NCBI GenBank assembly: GCA_002633005.1 | Contig: NMRA01000279.1 | Coordinates: 464,422 to 528,421 of the forward strand | Direction of reading: 5' to 3' | DNA length: 64,000 nucleotides | Source of the DNA: Phoronis australis | Lineage: Eukaryota; Animalia; Phoronida | In this document: piece after piece, positions 1 through 14,400 of the stretch | How the letters are laid out: each line of letters begins with the position of its first letter | How positions within the stretch are numbered: position 1 is the first letter of the stretch | Translations under genes and position numbers: made by a program | The notes under the pieces: generated by a model | The model's database searches: none | Told to the model about the DNA's origin: nothing | Seen by the model: only the letters and a program-made list of their open reading frames with translations

Positions 1-1206
1 CTCACTGGGTTTTGCCTAGCAAAACACACATCACTTGATTTGTAACCTTTTCTTCACTCTGTCAAAAACAGGATGCAAAGAATGGCATGTTTTCAATTAT
101 TTCACATAAAAAGCCCAGCAGATGAGCACAGAAACTTTATTCTTTCTTGTATTTTTGACCATTTCATTCCCACTGACAACCAAGCTAGACTAAGAAAAAT
201 AAGGGCAAAAAAATGCAAAATCGGCACTTTTCACCCGAAAAACACCACTTCCCTGCCGATGCACGACTAAAACCAAACTTAGAGTCTGAAAGCAAATTTC
301 CTACCGATTCAGAAAATGTGGTCCAAAAGTACTGTCAACCAACTAGTTTTTTTGCAATTCTTGCTTGTTTGAGGGCTACCTAAAATCACAGCCAATTTCT
401 CGGTCGCTACCCAACAATGCACAATTGCAGCTGGGGGCCGCCATCTTGAAGAAGAGTGCAGCTACAGCCAAGAAAGTGGCCTTTTTTTATTCACAGCATG
501 TTCACAAATACAAACAAACCACATTCACTGAGCCTACGTGCAATGCCCACTTACAAAATGCCCCCAAACTTGGCCTACCCCAAAATTTCTATATTTTGGC
601 AGTGCAAATTGGCCGCGGCCGCAGCCTAACTATTCAGTGCCACATTATGCTTGGCGTTGACCTTGACAGAAAAAACTACCCGAGAAACTGTACGCCATTC
701 GAGTTCACATCAAAGTGAAGTAAAATAAAGTAAAGTTCAGTAGAGTAAAATGTAGTAAAGTTTATTTAACTTCGTGTTTAAGATATAAATTATTCATTAT
801 ATAATACATATTAGCACATGTGCCAGTTTTCCACAATGGAGTCGACTATATACAAATTTTTACAAGCATATAATAACTTGTGAATATTGCACGTATACAG
901 AAATGGTAAGCTTTCATACTGTCGGTTATGCTTTGCCGTTAATAGTTTTCTGTTTTGTTTGGAAATGCATTCCTCACAATTATCCAACTGATGTTCCCCT
1001 GTCCTAATGATTCCCTGTCTTTATGGTATGCTACCGACGTTCTTGGTGCCGAAATTCCTGGACCTCGATGTTCGATCTGTCCGATGCCTCGTTGGCAACT
1101 AGTTCCGTAAGTTGGGTGTCATTCCAAACTTTCTGTATACTGGAGGCTCAGAATTTTTTGTTAGTTGTCTATTAAATCCTGGTGTGTTTTTTTCAACAAA
1201 ACAATA

Positions 1207-1345
1207 AATCTATTACTGGACTTACGGTACGTGGAGATGGCTACGTTGCGTCCTCCTCTCGAGGACTTCATCAGGCCACTGAGTTGTCCTCGAGAGGAGG
1301 ACGCAACGTAGCTATCTCCACGTACCGTAAGTCCAGCAATAGATT
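1207..1345. repeat. Near-perfect hairpin / foldback MITE, ~60-bp arms
   Basis: AATCTATTACTGGACTTACGGTACGTGGAGAT...CTCGAGGAC, then a ~19-nt loop, then the reverse complement with about 2 mismatches. Confidence 0.85.
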
Positions 1346-4300
1346 AATTGTTTCTTATACTATGACCCAACTGGATGACTGAAAACATTCATCGTATTTT
1401 CCTAAGAAGCAGTTTATGTATTTCGGATATTCAAAAATGACCGTTATTTGAGATTTGGAAACAAACGGTTCACAATGGCACCTTGCTCATGTAGACTAGT
1501 TACAAATCCAACGCCTTATTTATATGCCAAAGGCTGTGCATAATGCACTTAGATACACTATGTTTTGATACCCGACTTATGTTGTTGTTTAAAGATGCTA
1601 TCACAGTATCTCCGTAAACTACGTAACTACTTTTATTGTTCACAATAAAAATTCAAAGACCCAAGTCCCATCACACTAATTTTAATCTTATGTCCAGTTT
1701 ACGTTCACATGAATGATTTCTATTGAAGTTGTCCTCTGGACCACAGAACTCGAAAATTAATAGGTGGCGCTAGTGAGCTAACGGGTCTGCCATTTTGCAT
1801 GCAATCAGTAACATGGGACCCGTTCCAGTGGTGATTATCTTCTGCTGCAATGGGGCCCGTTATCAAGAGAATAGCTTTCTGTCTTCAGTCTGTTCAAATA
1901 ATAAAAAGAGGACCATTTACTCATTCACCTGTTGCCATTGAGTGGATATCTGTTGAAATTTCCCAGCATTCGTGTTATTTTGTGGTTTATGTGCATTCTA
2001 TTCTTGTTGATTTCTGAGGTCAGTTGAATGTTTATTACTGACATCATGTTTTGGATCTTGGTGTTTTGAGGGTTTGTGCAGTTGTCCAGACTCATTGACT
2101 TGGGAGTGATTTGAACATACAAAAATATACCCGTTTAAGACAGCGTGGAAGCTGTCATTAGAAACGACTTTTCGCTACTTGAAAATTTTTATTCCAAAAT
2201 CAAGAAATTTCATAAAACTAACACAAAAATTGGTTGTTGGTAGCCTACATGTTAATTTGTCTGTCGATGTACCGTAGTCAGCAGCATAAACTTCAAGTAT
2301 TCCAAAGTGATTTGTTATGGTTAGTTGTAATTCTTGTTGTGTTCGCGATTTGTTTCTGAGTGATATGCTACCTACCTCAAGTTGTTTTTATTTGTTTGCT
2401 CAAAGGTTTTTATCAGTTTCCTTCATTTCTGGCTCAATATTACTCTTGTTCATTCCACTCATAGTGCAATCTTCCCTTAAAAACTTTTTTGTTGATGATG
2501 CTTTTGATATGCATTTGTATTTATAGACGTAGTCTGGGTCAAGTTAAACAAAAACGTCCTCACAAAATGTAGATGCCTGTACCTTGCAGATGTGAAGAAA
2601 AACGGCATTTGCCACTATACGAATTCAATAGCCAACGCTGTCCTCTTCGTTTCTCGATAGATCGATCTACTGAAATAATAATAAATGTTGAAATAACGAG
2701 CTGGGTCAAGGCATGTATAGCTTGAAATGACCAAAAACAAATCTCCACCGAAAAATTAAGCAAAAAGCGTCATATTTCAAGACTCGCTACGTTTCCGCTC
2801 TTTCTCGGCTTCTGCAAATCGACTTTTATCTGAACTTAGGAACACGATTTTTCGAAAACGGCTCGGTTGATTTCACTGAAACTTTCCAATTTTAATATAT
2901 ATTTATCAATCAACAATTCTGTTAGGATTTCCCTTTAAGGTCCTCCTTACTGCCGTAGACAAACACCACCGCTGTTTTTTTTTACAAAAATGTCTTACGT
3001 TTTTAGAGTTAATTTGACTTGCCTACATGCAAAACATATGTCTACAAGCAGACCGATTGTTCTGCAGTCTTTTAAGCACACATTTTTTCAATATTCCACA
3101 GAATGGGCCTGTTAAGTAACTGAGAAGGAAGGACGTTAAGGTTGCCAGCAAGTACAAGTTCCTACGTGGTTTAGGGATGAAGACTATCTTGATGTTTGTC
3201 TATGTTTTGAGGATGCAACCCAGTCGATGGTACCAGTGTGAAGTTAATATTGTCTTAACCTTCATAATAATCTCACAGCAACTGACCAAGAAGAAAAGCC
3301 ACCTACATAAATCACGTCACGGAAAAATACCAGCACAATGGTTCACATTTGTACAGTCTCCGTGGTCACTTGGTAAGAAATTCGTGAATTGCTAGAGGAT
3401 GTTATCATGTACACGTTGCATGTCATCCGAAATACCCCGGGCTACGAAAGTATTCGAGGGATTCAATGGTATTCTACCTTTTTATTAATATATACCTGCT
3501 CTGAATGAGCAGCAAACAGGGTCAAGCCACACGCTACACTAGTTTGCGTGAATTTCCTGTTACCCTTCCCCCTCTTCTTTTGTCATTCTTTGCAGTAATT
3601 CACACCTGCCGTGTGCCACTGTGTATGTTTCCAGCATTTGCTGTTTGGTGGCATTACTGCGTCGTTTTATTTCTACTTGAGAATGAAACAAATATCGTGT
3701 ATCTCTTAATCACGTCTCTTGGTAAGTTGCTTTACCAATGTTCTGTTGAGTGTCAAACTTTGTTCCAAGGATGCGAATTGAATGGAATTAAGATTGCTAA
3801 TAACGACAAGTGTCGTGTATTCAAACAATTTTGTAAATATACATATGCATATTAATTCAAAACAGCACGGGAATTCTCGCACGTATCTTCACACTTCTCA
3901 AAAATGCTTCTTGCTTATGCGTGTCCAAACTTTAGTTATTTCAAAATGGAAAAGAATCTGTCATATCTGAAAGCTGGCCAGGCTGCCTGTTGAGTACACT
4001 CAAAGACAGAAAACATGAAATTTTGCGAGGGCTTGGTGGCGATGCTGAAGCCTTAGCCAATACAGTCAAATTCTTCATTCTAAAGACACGTGGCTGGTGA
4101 TCACACGTGACTGGTGATCACACGTGCGCAAGATAAACTTATGATGCATTTCTTACGCCTGTGCAATTAGTCCCAGTTGAATGCCTGTTATGGACGGATG
4201 TTGCACAAATATTCACAGACAATGGAATGTAAAATTAGCGAAGTTTATTAAGTTCACTGAGTCAATATAATTAGGACGGGAATATTTTTCAAAACTAAAA

Positions 4301-5731
4301 ATACTAACTACGACAATTGCAAGATGTACTTTTCCTGATTAACATTACAAGTTCAAACATAACTTCAATGGCACAAAACCATGGTGAGAATATAACATAT
4401 TGCATAGAACGACCTTTAATAAAAATATGGTCACCTGGATAAACCCCACGCTATAACATTACAATAATACATTTCATCACCATAAGCCGGTTAAATGCCC
4501 ACGTCGGAAGTGAGCAGAGGACATGTCGCCGTTGTCCAACAAGCAGAACAAGTCAATGAAGTGGCGACAATAGCTCTAATCAACAGGTATACTTCGCTGT
4601 AACTAGAGGAACCAAATTTGACATAAACTATCGATTTCCTACAGTTAGCGAGACTCCGTTTTAGGCGGCGCGAATAACTACACAGCATAAATATAAATCA
4701 GTGTTCGACGCTTAGCTTGACGCCAAGTCGCATTTGGCGACTTGGCGAAAATCCCAGGTCGCCAAATCGAGCATTGTAAAATATACACTAGTTTTTACAA
4801 AAATACAAACATCTTCGAATAAAAAATCGGCAAAATGTAAGAGTAAAAGTGTTCGGATATGTCGTCATTGATTTATAGTTAATGTTTCCTCGAACTTTCT
4901 TCACGCACTTCACCATAATGCGTCTTTAACTAGATTTCGTCAAAAATATCACAAAAATTCATTCTGTAAAACAAGATACCCTATGTAAAGCAATACATCG
5001 CTATAAAAATCTTTGCTGGAATTTAAGATGGAGTGAAAACAAAATAATGACATACACGTTATCTACATGTAGGGTAATATTGCAAAACGGGAATGTTTCA
5101 TGTAAATGGCATAAAATAATTCTATAGTTGATCACTGTTCTCGCATTAAACTCCCAGACAATGCCTGTTCCCTGGATTGGTCTTGTCAGAAGCTTTATTT
5201 ATTGTCATAAAAAGGCGCTGGGTTGTCGTACCTGCAAATACACGTAGACATGCGTTGGATGTGTGTCATTAATGTGCTCGTAGACAATTTCTCTCATACT
5301 TGTGAAAAATGTCAGCAATCGCAAGCTTCTAGGGGTGATTATTAGTATACGAAAAAGGCTATTTAGATGACGCATATGTCAAGCGTTACTGTCTTCCGAA
5401 TAGAAAATTTTTGTTACATTTAATGAACCTACATCAAGGAACTCCTTAGACAGAGGCAAATGTGAAAAAAATGCCATTCGAAGGGAAATCCCTAGTCGGA
5501 TTAGTACATCCATTATCAATTTAACAGGAAGACATTTGCCAATCTCCAAAGAACTTTGCAATGTTTGAGGATTAGAGCTACCGATGCAGAAAAATGCCAC
5601 TAGAGGACAACAGAATAGTTGGACCATTTCAAAATCTTCGTCACTCAGTAACACATCTACCAATTTTCATGATGACCCCCTTAGCGTTTGGGCGGATGCA
5701 AGAACTGATTACAAAAAATCGAAAATAATAA

Positions 5732-6837
5732 CAAGAGCAACGCAGAGCGTTAAAAGGCGCCCAAGAATGCATCGCAAATGGAGTGCTTTTAGGGTTATTT
5801 ATTTGTATCATAAAAATGGCCACTAGATGGCACAAAAACGTACAATCCATCAAAAAACTAGAACATGCCATATTCCATAAAAATGTGTCAAGAAACTTCA
5901 GAAAAACAAGGAAAAACAGAATAAAATGAAACTGCCACTTAAGTGGGGCACAGTATGAACGTACATGCCAATTTTCATAACCATTCTGCGAGCGATTTGG
6001 TTGATAGAGGGGTGGACGCAAAAACAGCAAACATGGCCTCTAGGTGGCGCAAACTACGTCGCATCCATCCGAAAACGGGAGAACAACGTCATCTCAGTAA
6101 TACGTGCCTACATATCGAATTTTATGAAATTCCGTTGAAGACTTTTGAAGAAACAGAGGTAAACGTAAAAAACTAAAAATTGCCAATAGGGGGCACACCG
6201 GTAGTCGGATCCGTCCGAAAATCATCGTCATCTGTTGTCAACGTCATATAAATACACTTCTTAAATTTCGTAATGATCCCTTAAACGGTTTAGGAGATAC
6301 GGCCATAAGCGCAAACAAAAAAACTGCCACTATGAGGCGCCACAGTAGTTCAAATCGTCGGAAAATCACCGTCAGCCGTCCACTTCATAGTAAAAAGATA
6401 CATGCCAATTTTCACGATCATCCTTTAAGCGGTTTGGTTGATAGAGGGTGGACGCAAAAACAGACTTGAAAACAGTAAAAATGACCGCTAGGTGGCGCAA
6501 ACTACGTTGAACCCATCCGAAAACGGCAGGACAGCGTCATTTCACTAATAGGTGCCTATATATCAAATTTTATGAAAATCCGTTAAGGACTTTTGAAGAT
6601 ACAGAGGTAAACGTAAAAAACCTTAAAATTGCCACAAGGGCGCACACCGGTAGTCGGATCCGTTCGAGAGCTCGCTCATGCCGTCCCATCCACAAAAGGA
6701 ACACATGTGCAAAATTTCATTGATGAACATACGTCAAGGCGTTTTGGAGATAGAGCAGCGGACACCGGACGGACGGACGGACGGACGGACAGAGATGAAG
6801 GCATAATGCGTCCACATATAAATATGTGGGCGCATAA
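5732..6837 (-). mobile_element. Non-autonomous Helentron-associated (HINE / DINE-1-like) element, copy A
   Basis: Ends: CAAGAGCAACGCAGAGCGTT hairpin on the left; (GGAC)n then ATGCGTCCACATATAAATATGTGGGCGCAT hairpin on the right; internal ~150-bp repeats; shares ends and body with the copies at 46 kb and 61 kb. Confidence 0.75.
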
Positions 6838-8322
6838 AAATGGTCAGTACGTGGTGTAGAATATATGGAATCCACCCAATATTGTTGTCTTCTTGATAAA
6901 ACAAACTTGTTTGCCAAATTTCATGAACTGTCGAAGAACTCGGAAGATCTCCCCTTTTAGCTACTTCCTTTGATTAACACAAGGCTTAGAAGGTTTGTTT
7001 GAATCAACCCAGCCTTATAAATTACAGGTCTTAAAATTTCCCGGATGCTAAATATGTAGTGCAAGTTCCGGAAAGATGCCGAAACATAAGCACTTGATTA
7101 AATGCATCTATTAGATATAGACAGGACCTTTCTTGGATAGGTAAAAAGTTCATCTTCATGATTATACTGTACGTGAAGAGTGGAGGTCTGTAACTACTAA
7201 AGTAGTGCGCAAATGCCTCAGTGTATCACTCTAGAGCAGGAATGCGTTAAAGTGATAGCTTACCTGAAAAACGCATCCCGATCGTGATGTCCTTTTTGGC
7301 GAGGAAAGGAGTGGTCCTGCAAAGTAGCATATTTTATTGTTACACAACCGCATCACAGCTACAGGAAAAGTTAACGCGAAAACGAAGACTGGGTGCAACC
7401 CGTTTCGGTTGGCAAAAATCCTAAGAGAGCTAATTTTCAAACAATTATTTGGAAATCTAGAAATTTGATGCATACAGCGAAACATTAACGAGGACTCGTC
7501 GTACAGTATTACAGGCAACTGACACACAATGTCTAAGCCCGAGCTAACAGAGAAATCATCTTGGTAAGAAACATGTGGAACCGGGCGACCAGAAGAAACA
7601 GGAAATATCGGATTTTCCAAACGCATTAATCTGAAGAGTTGTCACTCATCAGTAAGAATTTATTGCAAAGTATTTACTTGACCGTTCGGTAATTGTTCAT
7701 TCTCGCCATCCCACTCGATTGGCATTTCCCACGCTTCATCGCCAGTGGCCCCAATGGTAATTCCTCTGGGGAAAGACTCCGCTCCGTGGTAGCCGCCTGA
7801 CAAAGGGTCTTGAACCAAGCGTGGGAGTGATGGTATATTTGCTGTAGCAGAGAGAAGATGAACTTAATTTTTGCGGGAGCAATCAACATTTTAGCTGCTC
7901 TACACAACCCAGGAGCTTTGCTATGTACAGTGGCACACGGTAATGAATTCAACAGTTGGTATACGGATCTAAGCCATCAAAGCCTACTCATATGGTTCAG
8001 ATCTAAGCACATGCAAGAAAATGTTTTACCTTGCGCAATACAAGAAATAAATAGTTTTTGTGTTGAACATAGTATACCTATCAGTTTTCCCACCTCTATT
8101 CGTCCAACAGCATTCTACGGCGGCAACTTTGTGCGTTAGTAGAGGTCGAGAAAGCAGTCACTACACCCTAACGAGATCTTTGGTTAAACTACTGTGAGAT
8201 GTTGCGTGACCTCGCCAAACTCACAAGACATTGCCTTTACTTAACGCAAGGCAGAAAGAAAAAATTGATCACAACGTGTGATTGAACTGATGTAAACAAG
8301 CAAATATTCCGCAAGAAGACAA

Positions 8323-8470
8323 CTAACTGGTTCTGTGAACGGTTATGTCGCTGGCTCTGTCCCATTTGTCGCCTACGTAGGAGAATCCCGTCGGGTCGCC
8401 TTTATTGCCGATGAGTTGTTGGTTAAAGAACCCTTTCCTTCCCGTCGAGTAGGCGTCCTGATAGGCTAGT
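8323..8470 (-). CDS. Probable last coding exon: cytoplasmic tail
   Basis: CAG acceptor, phase 2; (K)[48 protein letters not shown]. Confidence 0.65.
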
Positions 8471-11400
8471 CTGCGACCATAAAAACATGGGATGATGACA
8501 AACGAGGTTTGAAGAAAAAAGTATGACTAAAATAGCTTCTGCTTTGGCAAAGCAAACATGGGATCACCTGTTCAACGTTTAGCGACACCTATATTCAGTA
8601 GCAGTAGTTCGGCAATTAATGATAATCCACTCGCTTGCAATCACTCCACTATCCATATTAGGATATTTCAAAAGCTGATCATTTTAGACATCAAACGTCT
8701 AAAACCGACAACAAACGTTAGAGTCACAGTTTTGCATTATTCTACTTCAAACCTCAATTTCAATTGACAAATAAATGGTGTCAACATATCAGTTTGAGTC
8801 CCTGCATTGCAATTCTAAAAAACTCTTTGGTCAATTTTGTGATTTCATTTTGTTGAACAGAGTGTATAAACATCACTTACTTGTTTCTTGTTCTCCTCTC
8901 CGACCGACGACGATACAAGAAGCAGATGCACAGACTAACAACGATGATGATGAAAATAATACCCCCTATTGTCGAGCCCACAATAACTGCCACATCCACC
9001 TTCGTTGGTTGACTTCCGACTTCTTTACAAGTGGCACCGAAATACCCAGACGGGCAGCTGTAAAAAAAGTTCAAAATGCAGCCAAGCTTGCACATAAAGT
9101 GAGTGAGGTCCTGTTTACATCGCGTGAATGTCAGACTGCACATGCTAAACACAGCCGTCAGGCGCAACTCGTACGTCAAGAGCTCATTATGCACGAGGAT
9201 TGTTTAATAATCCTTCTGTCTAACTGTTTTGCCTTCCATGCATTTTATATCGCACTTTCAGAGTTAACGTGACTTCAACGCATTTGTCAGTCATTCTTCA
9301 GCTAAATGCAAAATGTTATCGGACAGTCTTGCCGCAACGTCTTTCACTAATAGCAAGTCACCCTCTCGAAATATAATCGAAAATAAATGATACGCCTACA
9401 ATGACTCAGCAACTTCCTTAAAAATGCCATGTCCCTATTCCTAACAAGAAGAGGTGCATGTACTACTGCCGAAATAAAAACTTGACGTTTTGGAGCTTAT
9501 GGAAATCAGTGCATTGCCAAACATTTTGTAGCAAAATGATATTGGATATCTACACTTTACGAATAAACTTCATACAATTGGGGTGTAATGACGCATTGGG
9601 ACAGGGTTACACTGTACCTGCAGTTAACAGTGCCAGCGTTATCCACACAAGTTCCCCCGTTCTCGCAGTAGCCTTCCAGTGTTGCGCAAGTTACTGAAAT
9701 GAAATCAGAGGTTACCAGCTAGTGATTTTCATCCGGCAGAAATATAAACTGAAAAGCGTATGGTGAAATTCTGCACGTGTCGACAAGAAAAAATGCTTGC
9801 TATAAACCAATATTGGGAATAACTATTTTGAGTCTTAGAATTGTTAGTATGTGACGTACCCAAAATCCTTTGATTTAACACCATGGTTACAAAACATTTA
9901 CCCAGTCGTTAACTGCAGGTTTATGCCTATATGAGACAGTCGCAGACATTGACAGATTATCAGAGCAGAAAGCGCGAAAAAAATCAAGCGAAGAAAAAAT
10001 GATAAACAATCAGATGAACTATCGCAAAAACAAAGATCCTAATCTACAAAGCTGCTAGTGTAACACATCGACTTCTAGCAGATCATAGAGTATAGTATGG
10101 TCTATAATCTACGAGCAGACTAAATGTGTAATTGAATCATCAATTTGCCTATATCTTAAGACAACTATTGAAGACAACATTAGATAAAACGTCAATATGA
10201 ATTGAACTGCTTTTCTCAGAGTCATAAATCAAAACTATGAGCTCCGTGACGTTGAGGTAGTTGAGAATATTGCGGATGTTTCGAGGGCATGTTAGAGAAC
10301 AGTTCATTGGGGCATTTCAAACTGAAGCAAGCCAAGTTACAAGGAGAGCGATATCTGTAGATGTTTATTGTGTACTTAAAAGATGCTAACTTTATCAACG
10401 ACAATACTATCTTCCAATCTTCTCACACCAATGAAAACTTCGAAATAAAACGTTATTCTGACTGCACCATCAACAACATCATTTACCTAATAACATAAAA
10501 TGTTCCATTCAATATGTAGGACAAACTCAACATAATCTACTGTACAAACTCGATTTCGCAATCATAGATTTGGCATATTACATAAAAACATTTCTGATAC
10601 TATAGGTAATCATTTCAGTTCCAAAAACCATAATCTACAACACCTTGTGTACAAATAGTAGAAAAACTCCAAAACCCCAGTACCCCTCGCAGACTCAAAA
10701 GAGAACAATTTTGAATAGATAAGCTTAACACACTTGAACCAAATGGATTGAACATTAAGACTTCTTAAATTTTACCCTAAAAGTTTACTTTTTCCGCAAC
10801 AATTTATCATGCTCATTACGCCAAATATCACATGTCATTTGTTATATCCTGTTTAATTTTACTTTATTTCTATTTGTGTTGACAAAGGATGATATTACAT
10901 CCAAAAATTTCAGTTGATCCATTATTGTTGTTTTAATTCCCTATATATATATTATATTGAGCAGGTCCGTGTGTAACTGATCTTAAATGAATAATTTATT
11001 TTTCTTAGGACAAGACTGTGAATTTTGCTGTAGGTGAACCAATGAAATTGGAAAGTAAATACTCTTTATACTTAATTTATGAAATGATAAAGACTGGTCA
11101 GTTTTAAAATTGGGTGACATAGAATACGCGGAAATTTGTGGAATGAGTGAGGGAGAAAATCAAATTTTTTACATTTGCTGGATATTGTCAATGCAGCTTA
11201 ATACTGGAGTAACTGTGAAACATCGGTAGCCAGCCGCCTAGCTGTATACAACTTTGTACCAAGGCTAAAACATCGGATACGTTCTGTTAGCACTTTTAAG
11301 GACAATGTCAGCAAATTGAAGTGTAACAAAATAAAAGAGTTGTAGAGGACATCAAGGCGATGTTTTGATAATATTGGACAAAACCTTAAATAGATTTAAA

Positions 11401-14400
11401 ATGTTTACACTTAAGCACTCGATGCAATGGTATTGAAAGGCAATTGGTTATGGAGAGTGTCTTCACGGTGTTTGTCAAACTGTTTAACAAGGAACAACGA
11501 ACCATATTGAGACAACCTTGGTAACTAGGCCACTGCACCATCAGAAACAGTTGCTTCATGTTGCTAAACATTTTGATGACAAACCAATGACACTGAGGCT
11601 AGGATAGAGTTAGTAACGGGCAGATCCATGACAAAATCTGTATCATAAAGTACATGACGTGAGAAATAGCAAGACAGAATGTAGAGCTTTAAAACCTACA
11701 CAATTATCCCTCTATCACTTTCTACTCATTGAAAGTCATTCGATTGCATTAAAGAGCACCAGCTTATCGTGTAGAGCTGTTGAGGTCAGGATTGAGTAGG
11801 CCCATGAGGTCAGGACTCAAGAACGTGACGTCACATCGTGGTGTATTTACACTCACCATCAGTCGGCTGCACTCCAACTTCCTTTCCTCCGATACTGAGT
11901 TTGCTAGTTTCCGCCATCACCTGTGTGACATTCCGTAGCAGTTCTTGGTCACCGCCAGACGATGGCGGAGAGTTCAGAACGACTTGGTATTCCGCAACAA
12001 CGCTACCCCTCCTACAATATCAATAACACTTTAAGTACATCCACGGAATAGAGCAGGTAGCAAACGGAGACTAAGAGTAGGAAATGATTTTGAGGGTAAA
12101 ATCCACGGTTTTCAATCCACAAGCTATTCCCGAGGGTCTTTCTTTAGGGAATAATGCCCTCATTGAGGACCTATTTCACTAGTCCGTGAGTCTCCCAGCC
12201 AACGTTTCACTGGCATGATAACACGTTTATTTCACGAATGTGTCATCACGCAAAAACTGTGATTTTTATTAAGCCACCGCTTCAAATCTGTCCCCAATCA
12301 CGTGAGATCTTCATAAGAGAGTCTTTGGATAAGAGGTCAGTATCGGGCGATATTAGTTTACCTGAGTGCAGTGATGACCACTTCCTTGAAGTTCGATAGC
12401 GATTTCTTTAACAAGTCTGTCAACTGGAAATAAGAAAAGAAACTAACGGCATGCACTTACCCAGTCGGCTCTTGCAGACAGCAGACATTGAACACTTAAC
12501 GACGGTAACACACTCAAGGTATATTGAAGCAGACTACATTATCATGACCATTCAATGAAAACTTAACGAAGACACACTAGTCTTCTCCAAGAAGACGAGT
12601 GTAGCACACGGAGAGACTTTGCCCAATTGGCTCTAGCAAAAGGGAAATCAATACTTACAGCATTCTTAATATCTTCCACGAGTTTCTTCGTGTCCGGGTG
12701 TGTAAAGTTCTTGAACTTGTCCTCAAATGTCAGTTCAAGTTTAATAGAAGCATTTACCACAGTCGTCACTGCAAAATACAAGTGGTATGTACAGTAATCT
12801 CATTCTGTTCAGCGTACATCAATCTTCAGTCAAGGATGAAACCGAAGGTCGCATGTTGACTTTCTATTGATTGACAGATGTCGTGTACTAAGAGATTGCT
12901 CTGTTCCCGAGCACAAGGGTTTTGGGGAAAACTCAGTGGGTGTTTAACAATATTATTACAGCCAGCGGGATGGCTAAAGCCCCAACAAGCACGGAGGGTG
13001 TCAATTTTAATGCGTCTCAATATTGAAAATGTCAAACATTCAGTGGGTCCTGAGCTGTGTGAGCTTGTGACCAAATAAATGATGGACTTATGAAATGAAA
13101 CGGATGGTAATATTTTGTTTACAAGACCTCTTTATTACTTTTGTCGTTTGTTTTCAGAGATGCTCACCCGATATCACAACCAGGAGACTCCACAGGGCCA
13201 CAAAAAGAAAAGAAGGTGATTCCACACACAAATTCAACCTCGTCAAAATCTGTCCCTCTCACCGACAGTAATTACCTCTCCTGACTTCCTACTGACCTTC
13301 ACCACATTGAAGTAAAAAGTCACAGTAACACGTTTGAAACAACGTGGGTGAACACCGTGCTGAAGAGCCCATGCAAGAGGTCAAAATTGAGTATTGATCA
13401 ACTTTTTTCTGATTATTGGTGTTTTAATTTGTGCCCCTAAAAGGCTCATTTGTGGTCAATTGTAGCGGTACAACGTTTCAGTTTACATGTAATGAAAATT
13501 GGGTGATTTTATGTAAAGTTAATGGAATGTTTATTTGTAGAAGTGATGTTATTCATGGCAAAATTGGTTGCGAAGAAGTTCTTTGACAACGAAATACGAT
13601 TTTAGAATTGCCCTGGAAAACGTACAGTAAACGTTTGTGTCATAACTATAGTACCCGCTCTAGATGTGTGACCAAACAACCAAAATTTATCAAGCTGGCC
13701 AAAATTCTGAAATAAATTACCAATTACGTGTATTGAAATGGTTGGAAATACGCAAGAAATGCCAAACGAGGAATCGTCCTTCCCGTTGTGTCAATCCATC
13801 CAGTATTTTGACATTATTCTCAAGTGTTGTTTTTTTATTAAAATAAGTCATACCACGTTGTCTCGCGTAGAAACCCAACCGGAACGAGCTAAATATTCCA
13901 TGAACTTCATTTTCGTTAGAATCTGCACAAAATGAAACTCAGCGCAAACCAGCTTTCATAAAAAACATTCTCACATGATGCCCGTTCATCGTGACATCAG
14001 TTTTTTCAAAATAAACAGAACAGAACATACACGCAACTAATTAATTTCTTAGCAACTTCGTTAAGTTTCCAGACCTCTGGAAACGCTTTGGAATATACTC
14101 TGACGAATGATCAGATTTAAATGTGATAATTTCAGTAACTTAGGGCAAGCCGTTGAAAATGTACCATTTGTCTATCAGCCAATAATTTGTTACCCCGGAG
14201 TAGACGCACAGCTTTCACCTACGGCGAATACCAGAAATGCGATTCTCAGTTCGATAATATTGCTAAGGTTGTTGTTACAGTGCGCTCTGCTGCTCAACAC
14301 ATGTGGCAATTTGATCTAAACAAATTTCTTCTCTTACGTTTTAGGGCCCATTGACTAAAGAAAGGTCTGCACCAGTTCCCGTGCAAAACATACAAAGGTG

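Noticed and set aside
1-5700. A second gene at the left end, e.g. exon-like 2583-2669 and ORF 1925-2122
   Set aside because: No recognisable domain or consistent exon chain; the region looks like degenerate repeats and intergenic DNA.
6629-6917. ORFs with GRTDGRTD or SVRPSVRP (also near 46.8 kb and 63.4 kb)
   Set aside because: Translations of the (GGAC)n microsatellite of the HINE.
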